Assembly: GCF_006345805.1 (NCBI RefSeq)
Contig: NC_043008.1
Coordinates: forward strand, 51,770,001 to 51,834,000
Direction of reading: 5' to 3'
DNA from: Octopus sinensis
Lineage: Eukaryota
DNA: 64,000 nt
Of this stretch, positions 27,036 through 40,531 are shown in pieces (position 1 is the first letter of the stretch; every line of letters begins with the position of its first letter). Position numbers and translations under genes: made by a program. The notes beneath the pieces were generated by a model, which worked only from the letters and a program-made list of their open reading frames with translations, was not told the origin of the DNA and did no database searches.

Positions 27036-28025
27036 TTCTTACAACACTGCCACATCATTACTCCTTACCACACTGCTACATTATTAATTATTACCACACA
27101 GCCACATCATTACTTCTTAGCACATTAATATGTCATTACTTCTTACCACACTACCAGATCTGTACTTCATACCACACTGCTACATCAATACTACTTAACA
27201 CATTCACACATCATTAATTCTTGCAAAACTAGTAAATCATTACTTCGTACCAGACGGCCGCATAATTATTACTACTTACTTCACTACCACATTACCACAT
27301 CTTTACTTCTTACAATACTGTTACATCATTACTTCTTACCACACTGTCACACCAGTATTCTTACCACACTGTATCACCATTAATTCTTGTCACACTGCCA
27401 CATCATTACTTCTTACCGCATTCCCAAATTATCACTTGTTACCAAACTACCACATCGTTAATTATTACCAAACTGTCACATCATTACTTATTACCAACTC
27501 ACACATCATTACTTTTATTACACTGCCACATCTGCACTTCTTACTTCTTACCACACCTCCATATCATTCTTACCTCACTACCACATCGTGAATTCTTAAC
27601 ACAATGCTACATCATTATTTCTTACCATCTGCCACATCATTACTTCTTACCACACCGCAACATCTGTACTTCTTACTACACAACCACATCGTGAATTCTT
27701 AACACAATGCTACATCATTATTTCTTACCATCTGCCACATCTGTACTTCTTACTACACAACCACATCGTGAATTCTTACCACACTCCTACATCATTTCTT
27801 CTTATCACACTGCCACATCATTACTACTTACCACACTGCCACATTATTACTTTTACTACACTGCTACCTCATTACTTCTCACCTCATTACCACATCATTG
27901 CTTGTTACCACACTGACACATCATTATTACTTAATACTCTCCCACATCATTACTTCTTACCATGCTGCACTTCTTACCATACTGCCACATCTCCACTTCT
28001 TACCACACTTCCACATCATTACTTC
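27036..28025. repeat. Degenerate ~26-bp minisatellite (CCACACTGCCACATCATTACTTCTTA) contiguous with a SINE head
   Basis: Roughly 35 imperfect units directly following the minus-strand SINE 5' end at ~26967-27053. Confidence 0.85.
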
Positions 28026-28133
28026 CACAAATCCAAAATGATGTAACAAATTATGAGTACTTTAGGTGAACGATATAAATGCATCACTTAAGGGTCTTAC
28101 AGATTTAAATGTATATGTATTTAGGTGTGCATA

Positions 28134-28168
<35 letters not shown>

Positions 28169-28202
28169 ACACTAAAAGACATTTTCTGAATTTATATTTC
28201 AG

Positions 28203-28429
28203 GCAAAGATTGGGTGTTGAAAGTTATTTCTCCTGAAGAACATGAACGAAATTTCACCGTAGAAATAAATCAAGACGGGTTATCTTCTTCCTCTAGAAAG
28301 TTGTTTTGGAAACATCTAGCTATATATGGAGATTACTATGTTAAATATTTTAATCTGAAGACATATGAAGACAGTGAAATCACAAGCCTAAGATTCAATT
28401 TCTTTGATAAATCTCTGAGGATCAGTGAA
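28203..28429 (+). CDS. Exon d; N-terminal part of the next PLAT-like repeat
   Basis: tatttcag acceptor, GAA|gtaaaa donor; 227 nt, phase 1->0; SKDWVLKVIS...NFTVEI...EITSLRFNF...LRISE, parallels exon b. Confidence 0.8.
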
Positions 28430-29317
28430 GTAAAATTATATTTTTATTCTAGTTTAAAATATCTAAAGATGATAGGGAGGCAGGCTGCATGTTTTATGAG
28501 AATGCATTTGATACTTCAAAATGGCTGGGTCCACACTCTCAGTGGAACCAAGTTTACTTCTCATTCTTTTCTAAAACATACTTATAATGATGGATAGCCC
28601 TAGACCTGTCCCCCACTAAACTCATTCTCTTTTCAATTCTGATCCTCCTTTTTTCTCAACCTTATAACTAACCCTTCTCTTCTCTGTTCCCCACCTTATT
28701 CCCTTCATCCTCCCCATATACTTACCATCCCTGATCTCTGGTGGTGGTGGTGGTGGGGATGATGATGATTATGATGATCATGATGATGATCTTTGTGTCA
28801 GTGTAATCAACTAAACCCCTCCCTCACAAAGTGTTACCCTACCACGTGAATAACTGAAAATTCATCTCCAACGTTGCTCACTTCTTTCTGGTCTATTCCA
28901 CTACAGTGCATATAGGTACCCCATATGATACATCTTACAGCTGAAAGCAATGAGAGCAAAGTAAATTGTTGACTGTTCTACTGAGCCTCTGTACTAAATC
29001 CACATTCACTCTTTTAATTAAAAAGAAAAATGTTAATAACCCATTGACAGTAACATCTGGTTAGGAGAAAAGTCCATCAGTGGATCTATTCATCGGGCTT
29101 TTATGATATAAATATTATTGGCTATTTGATTGATTAATTTATTGATTTATTGATTGATTGATTCGGAGGGATGGAAAATATTTGAAGTGTCTTCCCTACA
29201 GAATGTTGACACCAATAGAGAATGCAAGGACAAACAACATCAACACCTTGACAATGAACTGAAGCAAATCATAATCAGGTGGGTTATATTAATGAAATTT
29301 CAAATCTATCATTTCAG

Positions 29318-29417
29318 ATAAGTTTGATCAACAATTTCACAGAGTATAAATTCAAAACAACTGGAGGAAGCAAAACTCAGGATAACTTGATGCCAGAATT
29401 TATCCCAATAACAAAAG
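29318..29417 (+). CDS. Exon e; end of the last repeat and juxtamembrane linker
   Basis: atttcag acceptor, AAG|gtatat donor; 100 nt, phase 0->1; ISLINNFTEYKFKTTGGSKTQDNLMPEFIPITK. Confidence 0.7.
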
Positions 29418-29445
29418 GTATATGGTGTATCTGAAATTGTTTAAT

Positions 29446-29674
29446 TTAATCCTTCAGCATTTTAACTGGCCATATCCAGCCAAAATATTCTACCTGTTTT
29501 ATGTTCAAACTGGCCAGATTTGGCTTCACACATACCCTTACAATGTCATTCTAACGATAAATAGTTTCATCATCAAAATCTTAAAGCTACAAGATATTGC
29601 ATGATTAATTCAAAACAATGTGAATAAAAAAAGCATTACTTTTGACAGAATAATGTGAATGTTTAAAGATTTAG
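29446..29674. mobile_element. MITE-like element with degenerate TTAA-C(C)CTT..AGCATT termini
   Basis: ttaatccttcagcatt ... aatgtttaaagatttag imperfect inverted termini, ~230 bp. Confidence 0.4.
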
Positions 29675-30039
29675 ATATTGTTGTTTTAAATGTCACACAT
29701 CAACATCATTATAAATAGGCACACCTATGCATATACAGACAAATACAGTCACATACATACACACATATTTCTATTACATATATACAAACACAAGCTGGTT
29801 GGGTGGATAATGTAGTAAACAGCCAACATGAATATATGATTTTTAACTGTATGTCTATTAAATATCTTTCTATCCACCCCCCAGTTGAAAAGCCTTTATC
29901 CATAAACATCTGAAGACTCAGATATGTCCTGGATGTACATGAAGAGATAAATCTAAATATCCTCTAGGGCAGGCAGGCAATATATCATCAGTTGCATATG
30001 AAGTGCTGGTATCAGCAAACTATGGCAATGGCTGGACAG

Positions 30040-30330
30040 AGACTAAGTGTTATATTGAATCAGTGTAAGGAAAATTTAAATCCAGATATAAAAACCATCT
30101 TTCAAAATTTAGACATGCAACAAGCCCCGTGGCATTCGTCTGGAAGCTTCAGGATGAGAACATCAGCTACAACATTAAATGGAAGAGCCTTTCCAAGACC
30201 AAACCTTATGTTAACAGGTCAAAATACATTTCATATGCTTGCATGAATAACTGTATCTTTAAAAAAAAAACTAAGAACCTCCAATGACTATAAATACCAG
30301 AAGTGAGAATATTTCTTCTTATCTGCATTT
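30040..30330 (+). mobile_element. Penelope-like GIY-YIG remnant
   Basis: YI.S..GKFKSRYKNH...FVWKLQDENISYNIKWKSL..TKPY. Confidence 0.55.
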
Positions 30331-30619
30331 TACAAAATGCTTCTTAGTAGAAATTAAGGATAAACCACTGGAAACATAATAAACCATTACAGTGTTGGTA
30401 TGTGTAATTCTGATACTCATAAGACACTGGCTATGATTATAGTAAAGTTAATTATTTCCCTGTGTTTCTCTGTCTTTTTCTAGATGTGTGTGCTCATTTA
30501 AACATCAATTCCACCAAACACAGTTGCTTTTAACAGCTTGATAAATGTTAAAATATGAATATTTCAACCAAGAAATCCTGAGTAGCTGTAATTTCTGAGG
30601 CTTATTATATTTGCTATAA

Positions 30620-30675
<56 letters not shown>

Positions 30676-30688
30676 GTGTGTAAAAGGC

Positions 30689-31057
30689 ATCATCTAAATG
30701 TGGCTGATGCCAGTACTCCCTGATTGGCTCTCATGCCAGTGGCACATAAAAAGCATCATCCAAATGTGGCCAATGCCAGTACCCACTGACTAGCCCCAGT
30801 GCCAGTGGCATATAAAATGCACTATCTGAATGCGACCGATGCCAAGCCCGCCTGACTGGCCCCTGTGCCAGTGGTATGTAAAAAGCATCCACTACACTCT
30901 CGGAGTGGGTGGCATTAGGAAGGGCATCCAGCTGTAGAAACATTGTCGGATCAGACTGAAACCTGGTGCAGCCACTGGCTGTCCAGACCTCAGTCAAACC
31001 ATCAAACCCATGCCAGTATGGAAGACGGATGTTAAACGATGATGATGATGATGATGA

Positions 31058-31061
<4 letters not shown>
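30689..31061 (+). mobile_element. RTE LINE 3' UTR fragment within (TA)n
   Basis: 3' UTR repeats, conserved 3' block, (GAT)n tail. Confidence 0.85.
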
Positions 31062-31105
<44 letters not shown>

Positions 31106-31559
31106 TATGTTCATCTACTAGAGAGACAAGGACCATCCAATCATCCTTGAAATGACTGATGACTTGAATGGTGACTTGGTTTAAAATGAAGTAGAGTTGA
31201 GCATCATTATCTTCACTCTCTTGTCCATGACCATCTTCAGTCCAGTGAGGATTGAAACAGATGCGGTGGATGACCAAAATGTTTTAGTTGCCCATCCTCC
31301 TCTTTGCATTTCACAATGTGTTGCTGCAGGCACCTTCTCTATTGAACCATGACATTTTCTATGGTGTTCTTGAATTTGTATGTTGAGGTTGTACATGAAC
31401 CCACATATATGCACATAAGCATACATATAAGGCATGCACATACAAGTATATGTACACACACGCACGCACACACATGTACATAGATATATATATCTACATA
31501 TATTGTAACAACTGTGGATGGATGTGTTATGCATGTTGATTTTGTTTGCATTTGGATCT

Positions 31560-33260
31560 ATAGAAGAATTTTAAGGTGTGATAGAACCTATAACAACATG
31601 TAGAAAAAGGCTTTGTGTTGTTTATTAACAATTGTGGTGAATTATGTATTAATATTTGCATGGCTTCTTTTAGGTATAGTCTACAAGGGGATCGCTAGCC
31701 TTGGTAAGGGACCCTGGAGTCTATTATGGCCTAGGATTTCTTGTATGGCATCTTTCTATTTATTAGATGGTGTATATAGTTGGGTAGGGAGATCAATTTG
31801 CTATACTCCTCATACTTAAATGAGTTCATATGTGCAGAATATCTCTGTTTAAAATTAATAGTAGACCTGATATAGTAGTTAGCAGAATTATGTGATATGT
31901 TGTGGACCATGCATTTGTATACTACGTTAAATCTTATAGAGTGGGCTTGCAATGGGCATTCGGTTATGGATTAGCAGTTATATCTATTTGTCCTATGAGT
32001 GTTATTATTTATGGAGAAATTAGAATTAAAGGTGTTGTTAGGGGATTAGCCCGTATTATAATTATTGTTGTTGTCATTATTATTATTATCATTAGTAGTA
32101 GTAAAATTATTATCACTGTCAATAACACTAGCAATAGTAGTAATGGTGGTATCAGTCATATTGGAGTTGTTAATATTAGTATTAGTGGTGGTGCTATTAG
32201 TATCCACACTCATCTCAGTTACACTTTGACCTTCATAGGAGGCAGGGATGTTTGTATCTTGGTTAATTCTGATTCTAGTGGGTGTGGTGTATGCCATCAA
32301 TGTTATTAGTGTTTTTGTAGCTTTGACCTTTGTTATGATTATGTATATTTAGGTAGTAGGAATTATATTTATGTTTATTGGAGGAAGTAACAATAGATTC
32401 TATAATGAGCAGAGAGGAGTAGGATAATTTGGGGGTGTCAGTCTATTAAAGATTGAATGGTACTTATGGTGATATGGGAAGTTAGCATCTACTATTTGAA
32501 AGAATGTTTTGGCTAAGCCCTTAATGTTTAAGGTGAATGGAGGTATAAACCAGAGAATTGATTTACCCAACTTTTGTTAGGCAAAATAGGGGAAGTATAA
32601 TCTGCAGTATTTGTTAGAGGTGAGTTGTAAGCTTTATTGTCATTCATAGTGGAATGGTTTATTTGTCTAGTAGTGGGGCATGCCTTTTGGGATTGAGATT
32701 AGCAATGTTTTTTTTTAAGCCTAGTGTTTGCCATGAATTTAATTTGCTGGGAGAAGCTGCTAGCAGTTAGTGCCTGGTTATAGTATGTAGCATGGATATT
32801 GAAGATTTCCTCCATGGCCGAGAGATCAGATATCTAAATAGATATACCTTTGATTACTCTATTGAAGGTAGATTTATTGTGCTTAGCATCTGTATTAATG
32901 TATCTGAAGTATTGATTCGGTTTATGGAAAGGGGGAGTGTAGCGAAGATTCTAAATCTAAAGTAACATCTACAAAGTGAGCCTTTTTGTAAGTGTTTTCA
33001 AAGGAGATAGACGAGTTAAAATTAGCAAAGAATTTATGTGAGTTTTTTTTAGTTTTCTCTAATTCAGATTTACTTATTTTCGTAGTAACCAGCAATGCAT
33101 TGTTCCTATACTAACAGCTCCCAAAGTTAGAGAAATACATGCGAAGTTGTTGGAAAAGGTATACTTCAAACAACTCTGTGACCTGAGTAGAGTTGGAGGA
33201 GCCCATGGTTATATCTTAGAAGTTATTATGGGTATCCTGGCACCAAAGTTAATCATCGTA
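31560..33260 (-). mobile_element. Degenerate Penelope-like element (second family)
   Basis: DITMGSSNSTQV (RT motif), ILWFIPPF-like segment, GIY-YIG YYIRSTINFKQRYSAHMNSF. Confidence 0.7.
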
Positions 33261-33328
33261 GGAGATGAGTGTCTTTCTGGCAGTTAGAATGATATCTATT
33301 TCTAAGGGAAGAAGTTAGTTTTATTAAA

Positions 33329-33376
<48 letters not shown>

Positions 33377-33413
33377 ATGTATGTATGTATGTATGTATAT
33401 GTATATATATTAT

Positions 33414-33451
<38 letters not shown>

Positions 33452-33468
33452 ATATATATATATATATA

Positions 33469-35035
33469 AGTTTTTGTATGTGGCAGATGCTCAGGAGCAT
33501 TAACCTCCGAAAATCTGCAGAAAATAACTTCCGTCACTTTCCAAGGGGAAAAACTAGAAGTAGTTGATAGCTTCCGTTATCTAGGTAACCAAGTCAGTAG
33601 TGGGGGTGGGTGCGCTGAAAGTGTAACTGCTAGAATAAGAATAGCCTGGGCAAAGTTTAGGGAGCTCTTACCTCTGCTGGTGACTAAAGGCCTCTCGCTC
33701 AGAGTAAAAGGCAGACTGTATGATGCATGTGTACGAACAGCCATGCTACATGGCAGTGAAACATGGGCCGTGACTGCCGAGGACATGCGTAAGCTCGTGA
33801 GGAATGAAACCAGTATGCTCCGATGGATGTGTAATATCAGTGTACATACTCGACAGAGCGTTAGCACCTTGAGAGAAATGTTGTACCTAAGAGGCGTAAG
33901 TTGTGGTGTGCAAGAGAGACGATTGCGCTGGTATGGTCATGTGGCGAGAATGGATGAAGATAGGTGTGTGAGAAAGTGCCAATCCTTAGCAGTTGAGGGA
34001 ACCCGTGGAAGAGGTAGACCCAGGAAAACCTGGGACGAGATGGTGAAGCACGACCTTCGAACTTTAGGCCTCACTGAGGAAATGACCAGCGACCGAGACC
34101 TTTGGAAATATTCTGTACGTGAGAAGGCCAGGCAGGACAAGTGAGCCCAGTCCACTTATGAATGCCTTTCCTCCCTTGGATACAAAGATCTGTTGAGGCA
34201 AGCGAAGTCGATATAGAACCTCATCCGACGACAGGCACCCATGCCAACCCCCTTTGCTTGCGAAGACATGTTGGGGCAAGCGAAATCAAAATCGAATTGA
34301 ACCAGCCAGGATCCCTGGTCTGGTGGTACGTAAAAAGCACTATCCGACTTGTGGCCGATGCCAGCGCCACCTCCACTGGCTTCCGTGCCGGTGGCACGTA
34401 AAATACACCAATCTGACCGTACGACAGGCACCCATGCCAACCCCCTTGCTTGCGAAGACATGTTGGGGCAAGCGAAATCAAATCAAATCAAATCGAATTG
34501 AACCAGCCAGGATCCCTGGTCTGGTGGTACGTAAAAAGCACTATCCGACTCGTGGCCGATGCCAGCGCCACCTCCACTGGTTTCCGTGCCGGTGGCACGT
34601 AAAATACACCAATCTGACCGTACGACAGGCACACATGCCAACCTCCTTGCTTGCGAAGACATGTTGGGGCAAGCGAAATCGAAATCGAAATCGAATTGAA
34701 CCAGCCAGGATCCCTGGTCTGGTGGTACGTAAAAAGCACTATCCGACTCGTGGCCGATGCCAGCTCTGCCTCGTCTGGCTTCCGTGCCGGTGGCACATAA
34801 AATACACCAATCCGACCGTGGCCGTTGCCAGCCTCGCCTGGCACCTGTGCAGGTGGCACGTAAAAATCACCCACTACACTCAAGGAGTGGTTGGCGTTAG
34901 GAAGTGCATCCAGCTGTAGAAACACTGCCAGATAAGACTGGAGCCTGGTGCAGCCTTCTGGCTTCCCAGATCCCCGGTCGAACCGTCCAACCCATGCTAG
35001 CATGGAGAACGGACGTTAAACGATGATGATGATGA
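33469..35035 (+). mobile_element. RTE LINE 3' fragment with triplicated ~195-bp 3' UTR block
   Basis: ORF 33680-34144 RTE C-terminus; near-identical units starting ~34226, ~34422, ~34623; (GAT)n tail; (TA)n on both flanks. Confidence 0.9.
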
Positions 35036-35051
35036 TATATATATATATATG

Positions 35052-35097
<46 letters not shown>

Positions 35098-35216
35098 TAT
35101 ATGTATGTATATATATATATATGTATATGTATATATATATATGTATGTATATATATATATATATGTATGTATATATATATATTTGTATGTGTATATATAT
35201 ATGTATGTATGTATAG

Positions 35217-35247
<31 letters not shown>

Positions 35248-35261
35248 TATATATATATAAT

Positions 35262-35312
<51 letters not shown>

Positions 35313-35341
35313 GTATATATATGTATCTATATATGTATAGA

Positions 35342-35375
<34 letters not shown>

Positions 35376-35533
35376 TATATATATAGATATATATATATAT
35401 GTATATATACAAAAAGCAATAAAGATTCAAGTTAATTTAAATGAATTTACTTGAATATGGTACCTAACTTAGATGCACCAAAAAAAAAAAAAAAAAACTA
35501 TACTGTTTTAACAATACAGTAATGTGGGGTGAT

Positions 35534-36381
35534 TATAAGTGAGAAAGAAGCAACAAGAATGGATAGGTTTTTAGTACAATCGTTTCATACAAGGACAGGC
35601 TTTATTAAAAGTTGCAAAAATTACAGCATATAAACGTGTCCCGTACTATCAGCTAAAATACATGTGAGTTCTCTAGACATCCTAGTGGTGAGGCTATACT
35701 CATGAAGTAATGAAGATAATTAAGTAACATAAACATAAACAGATATCCAAAGTTCATTAAAGTTCTTTAAAGATGATGTACAGTCTTATCACAGAATTTT
35801 AAAAAAGTTTTAATAGCAACCCAGAGAAGGTGACCTAATCCATAGTGCACATATGAATTTCCAGAGATATGATGAGGGATTACATACTCACAGAAGACAA
35901 ATTTATCCATTGTTAATCACAACGAGGTGGGTCTCAATTCCTGCTTATTAGCATTACAGAGAGGGTGAATTAATCCTTGTATAGATGCACAATTCCAATG
36001 GTGTAGATGTAAATTTCCAGAGAAATGAAGAGGAATTTCATATTCACAGGCGATAAATTATCAATGGTTGAACACAATGAGGTAGGTATCAATTCTTGTT
36101 ATATGATTAGGTATTTGCCACATTAATCATATTACTGCTATTTACAAGAGGCTGTAGCTATTAACTTTTTGGATATCTGTTTATGTTTATGTTACTTAAT
36201 TATCTTCATACTTAAGTATAGCCTCAACCACTAGGATGTCTAGAGAACTCACATGTATTTTAGCTGATGAGTACGGGACACGTTTATATGCTGTAATTTT
36301 GCAACTTTTAATAAAGCCTGTCTTGTATGAAACGATTGTACTAAAAACCTATCCATTCTTGTTGCTTCTTTCTCGCTTATA
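35534..36381. repeat. Fold-back element: ~215-bp inverted arms (35534-35751 / 36168-36381), each carrying a hammerhead motif
   Basis: Arms nearly perfectly complementary; spacer contains an imperfect ~140-160-bp direct repeat. Confidence 0.9.
36258..36346 (+). ncRNA. Minimal type I hammerhead ribozyme with long stem II
   Basis: TTTTAG-CTGATGA-GTACGGGACA...TGTCTTGTAT-GAAAC-GATT-GTA^CTAAAA: 6-bp stem I, 10-bp stem II (with G-U), GUA triplet. Confidence 0.8.
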
Positions 36382-36560
36382 TGTATATATATATATGTAT
36401 ATATATATATATGTATATATACATATGTATATATATATATATTTATATGTATATGTATATATATTTTTATATATATATAAATAAATATATATATGCATAT
36501 ATATATGTATATATATATGTATATATATATATATGTATATATATATGTATATATATATAT

Positions 36561-39500
36561 TCTCAGGTGAGAAACCTGCCCGGGAAGTAAACCCAAGTGC
36601 AAGTGCTCCTACCAGCACCAAAAGCCAAAGCCAAAACCATGGAGATGAAAGAGCCAAAAAAGAAATAAAAGGAGGAAAAACTAAAAGAAAAACAAAAGAT
36701 GAAACAGCCAAGGATAGAAGCAAACCTGACTATCCATGTACCAAAAAGGATAGAAACAGACAGTGCACACGAATGTGTAAATTCCACCTGAAAGGTGTCT
36801 GCTAGCATGGAGAGGAAGGTGCAGGCTGCCATTTTGCACATCAAAGACCCTGCCAGATAAACACGAAACAGGTCAGAAACCAACTACCAAAAGGGAAAGG
36901 AATGGACCACGCACCACCTGCCCCAAAACGGAGGTACGCAGATGTGGTGCATGCTACAAACCGCCAACATGTTATTGAAAGGGCAGCTGCTGAACGAGAA
37001 TCTTTTTTGTGCATGGCACAAAAGATTGTACAGCAGCTAACCTGGCTCCATCAAACTCAAACTCGCAGATGGGACTATCCACAATACACAAGACCGCCAC
37101 AGCAAATAGACCCAAGGTGGACACCGCCGGCAACAACATACACCTCACCTCGATGCTCCTACTAAACATCAGAGGACTGCTAACACTCAGTAATAGGACA
37201 AAAATCCCATTCTTGAGAGACTTTGTTGCATGCAATCAAGCCTTATGCATAGCACTTACGGAAACACACCTGAAACCGGACATAGCAGATGCGGAAATAC
37301 ACATACCACAGTATGTTGTACTACGGACTGACAGAAAAGAAAGGAGTCATGGAGGAGTTGCTATGTACATCCGTGAGGACCTCACACCCCAGGTCCTTTT
37401 GTCATACTCAAATTCGGTGTGTGACACACTAATTGTACATATAAGGCAACTTGGTGTAGTTATATGTGCTACATATCGCCCTCCAGATGCTCCAAGCCAT
37501 GTAGGCAAGTTTGAAGACTGCCTTATAATAATAGAAGAAGTTCTAGTCACATTAGAACAACACATAAGTGTACTTCTTATGGGAGACTTCAATCTACCCA
37601 ATGTCAGATGGCCCGAGGGCCTTTCTCTCCCAGGAATGACACAATGTGAACGAGGACAGGCGATGTCCTTCCTGAATCTCATCAACACTGTACATGGAGC
37701 AAGTAATACTCCAACCAACTAGGGCAGGTAACATACTGGATCTCTGCTTCACAAATAATATGGATCTCATCCATAATGTGAAAGTGACGCCGATACTACT
37801 CTCGAATCACAACATGGTAGAGCTGACCATGTACGGGCCAAAGGAAAGCATGGACATGCAGCCTACAAGAAACTCTCAGAATCTTTCCAGCTTGAACTTC
37901 CATAAGGCAAACTGGAAACAAATTGAGAAAGAGATCCTCAAACAAAACTGGCCTGAATGTCTATCCTCGCCAGACATCGACGTGAAACTTCAACAATTCA
38001 TGTCTGTAATGCAAGCCCTATGCTACAAATGTGTCCCAGAGAGAAAGGCCACTGTACACAAGAGCAAAATCCCCAGAGAGAGGAAAATTCTAATGAGACA
38101 GCGTACAAAAGTTTCAAATCGCCTAAACAAACAAATTGAAAGCGGTGAAAAGTCCCGCCTGAAAATAAAACTGTTGGAAATTGAAAAATGTCTGCAACTC
38201 TCCCATGAAAAAGAAAGAGCAGACAAAGAAGCTTGGGCTATTGACAACATAAAATCTAACCCCAGAGCTTTCTACAGGTATGCCAAAGAAACAGTTACGG
38301 TGCACTGTAGGATAGGGCCACTCCTTGAAAAGGATGGTACACTCACAGGAAATCCAATGAGAGTAAGTGAAATACTAAATGAGCAATTCAAGAGTATTTT
38401 CACTCCACCCCTAGGGTATTTTCAAGTCAGCAATCCAACTGACTTCTTTACCAATGCAGATATAAAATCAGAGGCAGCGATGATTAATTACATCAATATA
38501 AAGGAAGACGATGTAATAAAGGCTATTGATGAAATGAAAACAAACTCTGCTACTGGCTCCGATGGATTCCCAGCAATCCTTCTAAAAGTATGTAAGAGAG
38601 TCCTAGCAAGACCACTGCAGTTCCTCTCTCAGAGCTTCCTTGCAACTGGCAAACTTCCAAGAAAACTGAAAGATGGTAAAATATGCCCTATTCATAAAGG
38701 AGGTAGCAGAGCGGAGGCCCAGAACTACAGACCTATCTCTCTGACCTCACACATCAGCAAGGTCATGGAACGAATAGTCAGAAGGAAACTAATCACCTTC
38801 CTTGAAGAAAATGACTTGCTGCCTGACACCCAACATGGTTTCCGACCAGGCAGAAGCTGCTTAATTCAGCTCCTACAACACTATGACTGGGTGTTGAAAC
38901 GACTGCTCAACCACTCAAATGTGGAAGTCATATATCTCGGCTTTGCAAAGGCCTTTGATAAAGTCGATCATGGAATGATATGTCACAAACTGCGTGATCT
39001 TGGCATAGTTGGAAAATTGGGAGAATGGCTTCATGACTTTCTGAAGGATAGAAGTCAGGTGGTAGTAGCCAATGGGGCCACTTCCATTAACACGCAAATA
39101 GTGAGCGGTGTTCCGCAAGGCACTGTTCTGGGACCACTACTGTTCATAATGGCCCTCTCAGACATGCCCTCAGCCATGCAGAGAGCCACGATCACAAGTT
39201 ATGCAGATGATACAAAAGTTTCACAGGCAATGCAGAACCCTGAAGACACTAAGCACCTGCAATGTGAGCTGGACAAAATATACAAGTGGGCTGAAAAGAA
39301 TAGCATGCAGTTCAATGCTGAAAAGTTTCAAGCTTTATACAATCAGCATGCAAAACTAAGTGCAATACCCAATAAATACACTGGACCTGGAGGGATTGCA
39401 ATCCCAGAGGCACAATCAGTGTGAGATCAGGGTATTTACATGAGTGATGATGCAACCTTTCATGTGCATGTTGCTAAATTGGCAATGAAATGTAGGCGGC

Positions 39501-40190
39501 TGACCAGATGGATTCTTAGAACCTTTAGAACAAGAAACCAGGAAACCATGATGGTCCTCTGGAGGACACTTGTCCTAAGCCACTTTGACTATTGCTCTCA
39601 GCTATGGTCACCATCCAGTGTCAAGTTAATCACAGAACTTGAGGCGATCCAACGAAGCTACACGAAGAAGATAGCCTCTGTGCAGCATATAAGCTATTGG
39701 GAAAGACTCAAGAGATTTAGACTCTATTCCTTAGAGCGTAGGCGAGAAAGATATGCCATAATATACATCTGGAAGATCCTAGAAGGACTTGTCCCAAACT
39801 TTGGCATCGAGAGTTACACAAATGCCAGAACTGGGCGCCACTGCATAGGGCCAAGGCCTCCAAATTTACCATCAAGATGTAGGACAAGATACTGTGATAG
39901 CCTAGGGTTCCGAGGCCTACAGCTCTTCAAATTCCGCCCGAAGAACCTAAGAGACCTGCATGGGGTGGATGCAGATGCCTTTAAAATGAAACTGGATCTC
40001 TTCTTGTCAGGTGTCCCAGATGAACCAACTTCACGACAGGAGGTGCAGATGAGGGCAGCTGCATCGGACTCTCTCATGCACCAGATGGCATTTGCCAAAA
40101 AGCATTCGTGAAGTAAAATCATGTAGCAACACCAAATGGCGGTGCCCCAGCATGGCCACAGCTTGTGAGCTGAAGCTAAATAAAATTAAA
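36561..40190 (+). mobile_element. Near full-length CR1-group LINE (ORF1 remnant with CCCH-type finger, APE endonuclease, RT), few disablements
   Basis: CKFHLKGVC*HGEEGAGCHFAH; LNIRGL, IALTETHL, YRPP, MGDFNLP; NYRPISLTS, QHGFRPGRSC, SGVPQGTVLGPLLF, YADDTKV, DYCSQLWSP. Confidence 0.95.
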
Positions 40191-40331
40191 AAAAAATTTT
40201 TTAATAAAATAAATATACATATATATACAGTTCAAATTTACAGAAAAACAAGAATGCAGACAGATATAGGAACAACAAGCAGGTGCATGATTTTAATGCT
40301 TGGGAAGAATGGAAAATTCTTTTACCCACAC

Positions 40332-40413
<82 letters not shown>

Positions 40414-40531
40414 TAATATATGCTTATCATAAATACATATATATTTAAGAAATATTATTGTACTCTATATAAGTATTGATTGTTAAATATGAATTTATAA
40501 TTTTTTTATTTGTTAATGATAACTTAAATAT

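Noticed and set aside
29202-29278. Possible exon NVDTNRECKDKQHQHLDNELKQIIIR (cag...AG|gt)
   Set aside because: Phase 0->2 breaks the frame and it lies only 39 nt before the better-fitting exon 29318-29417
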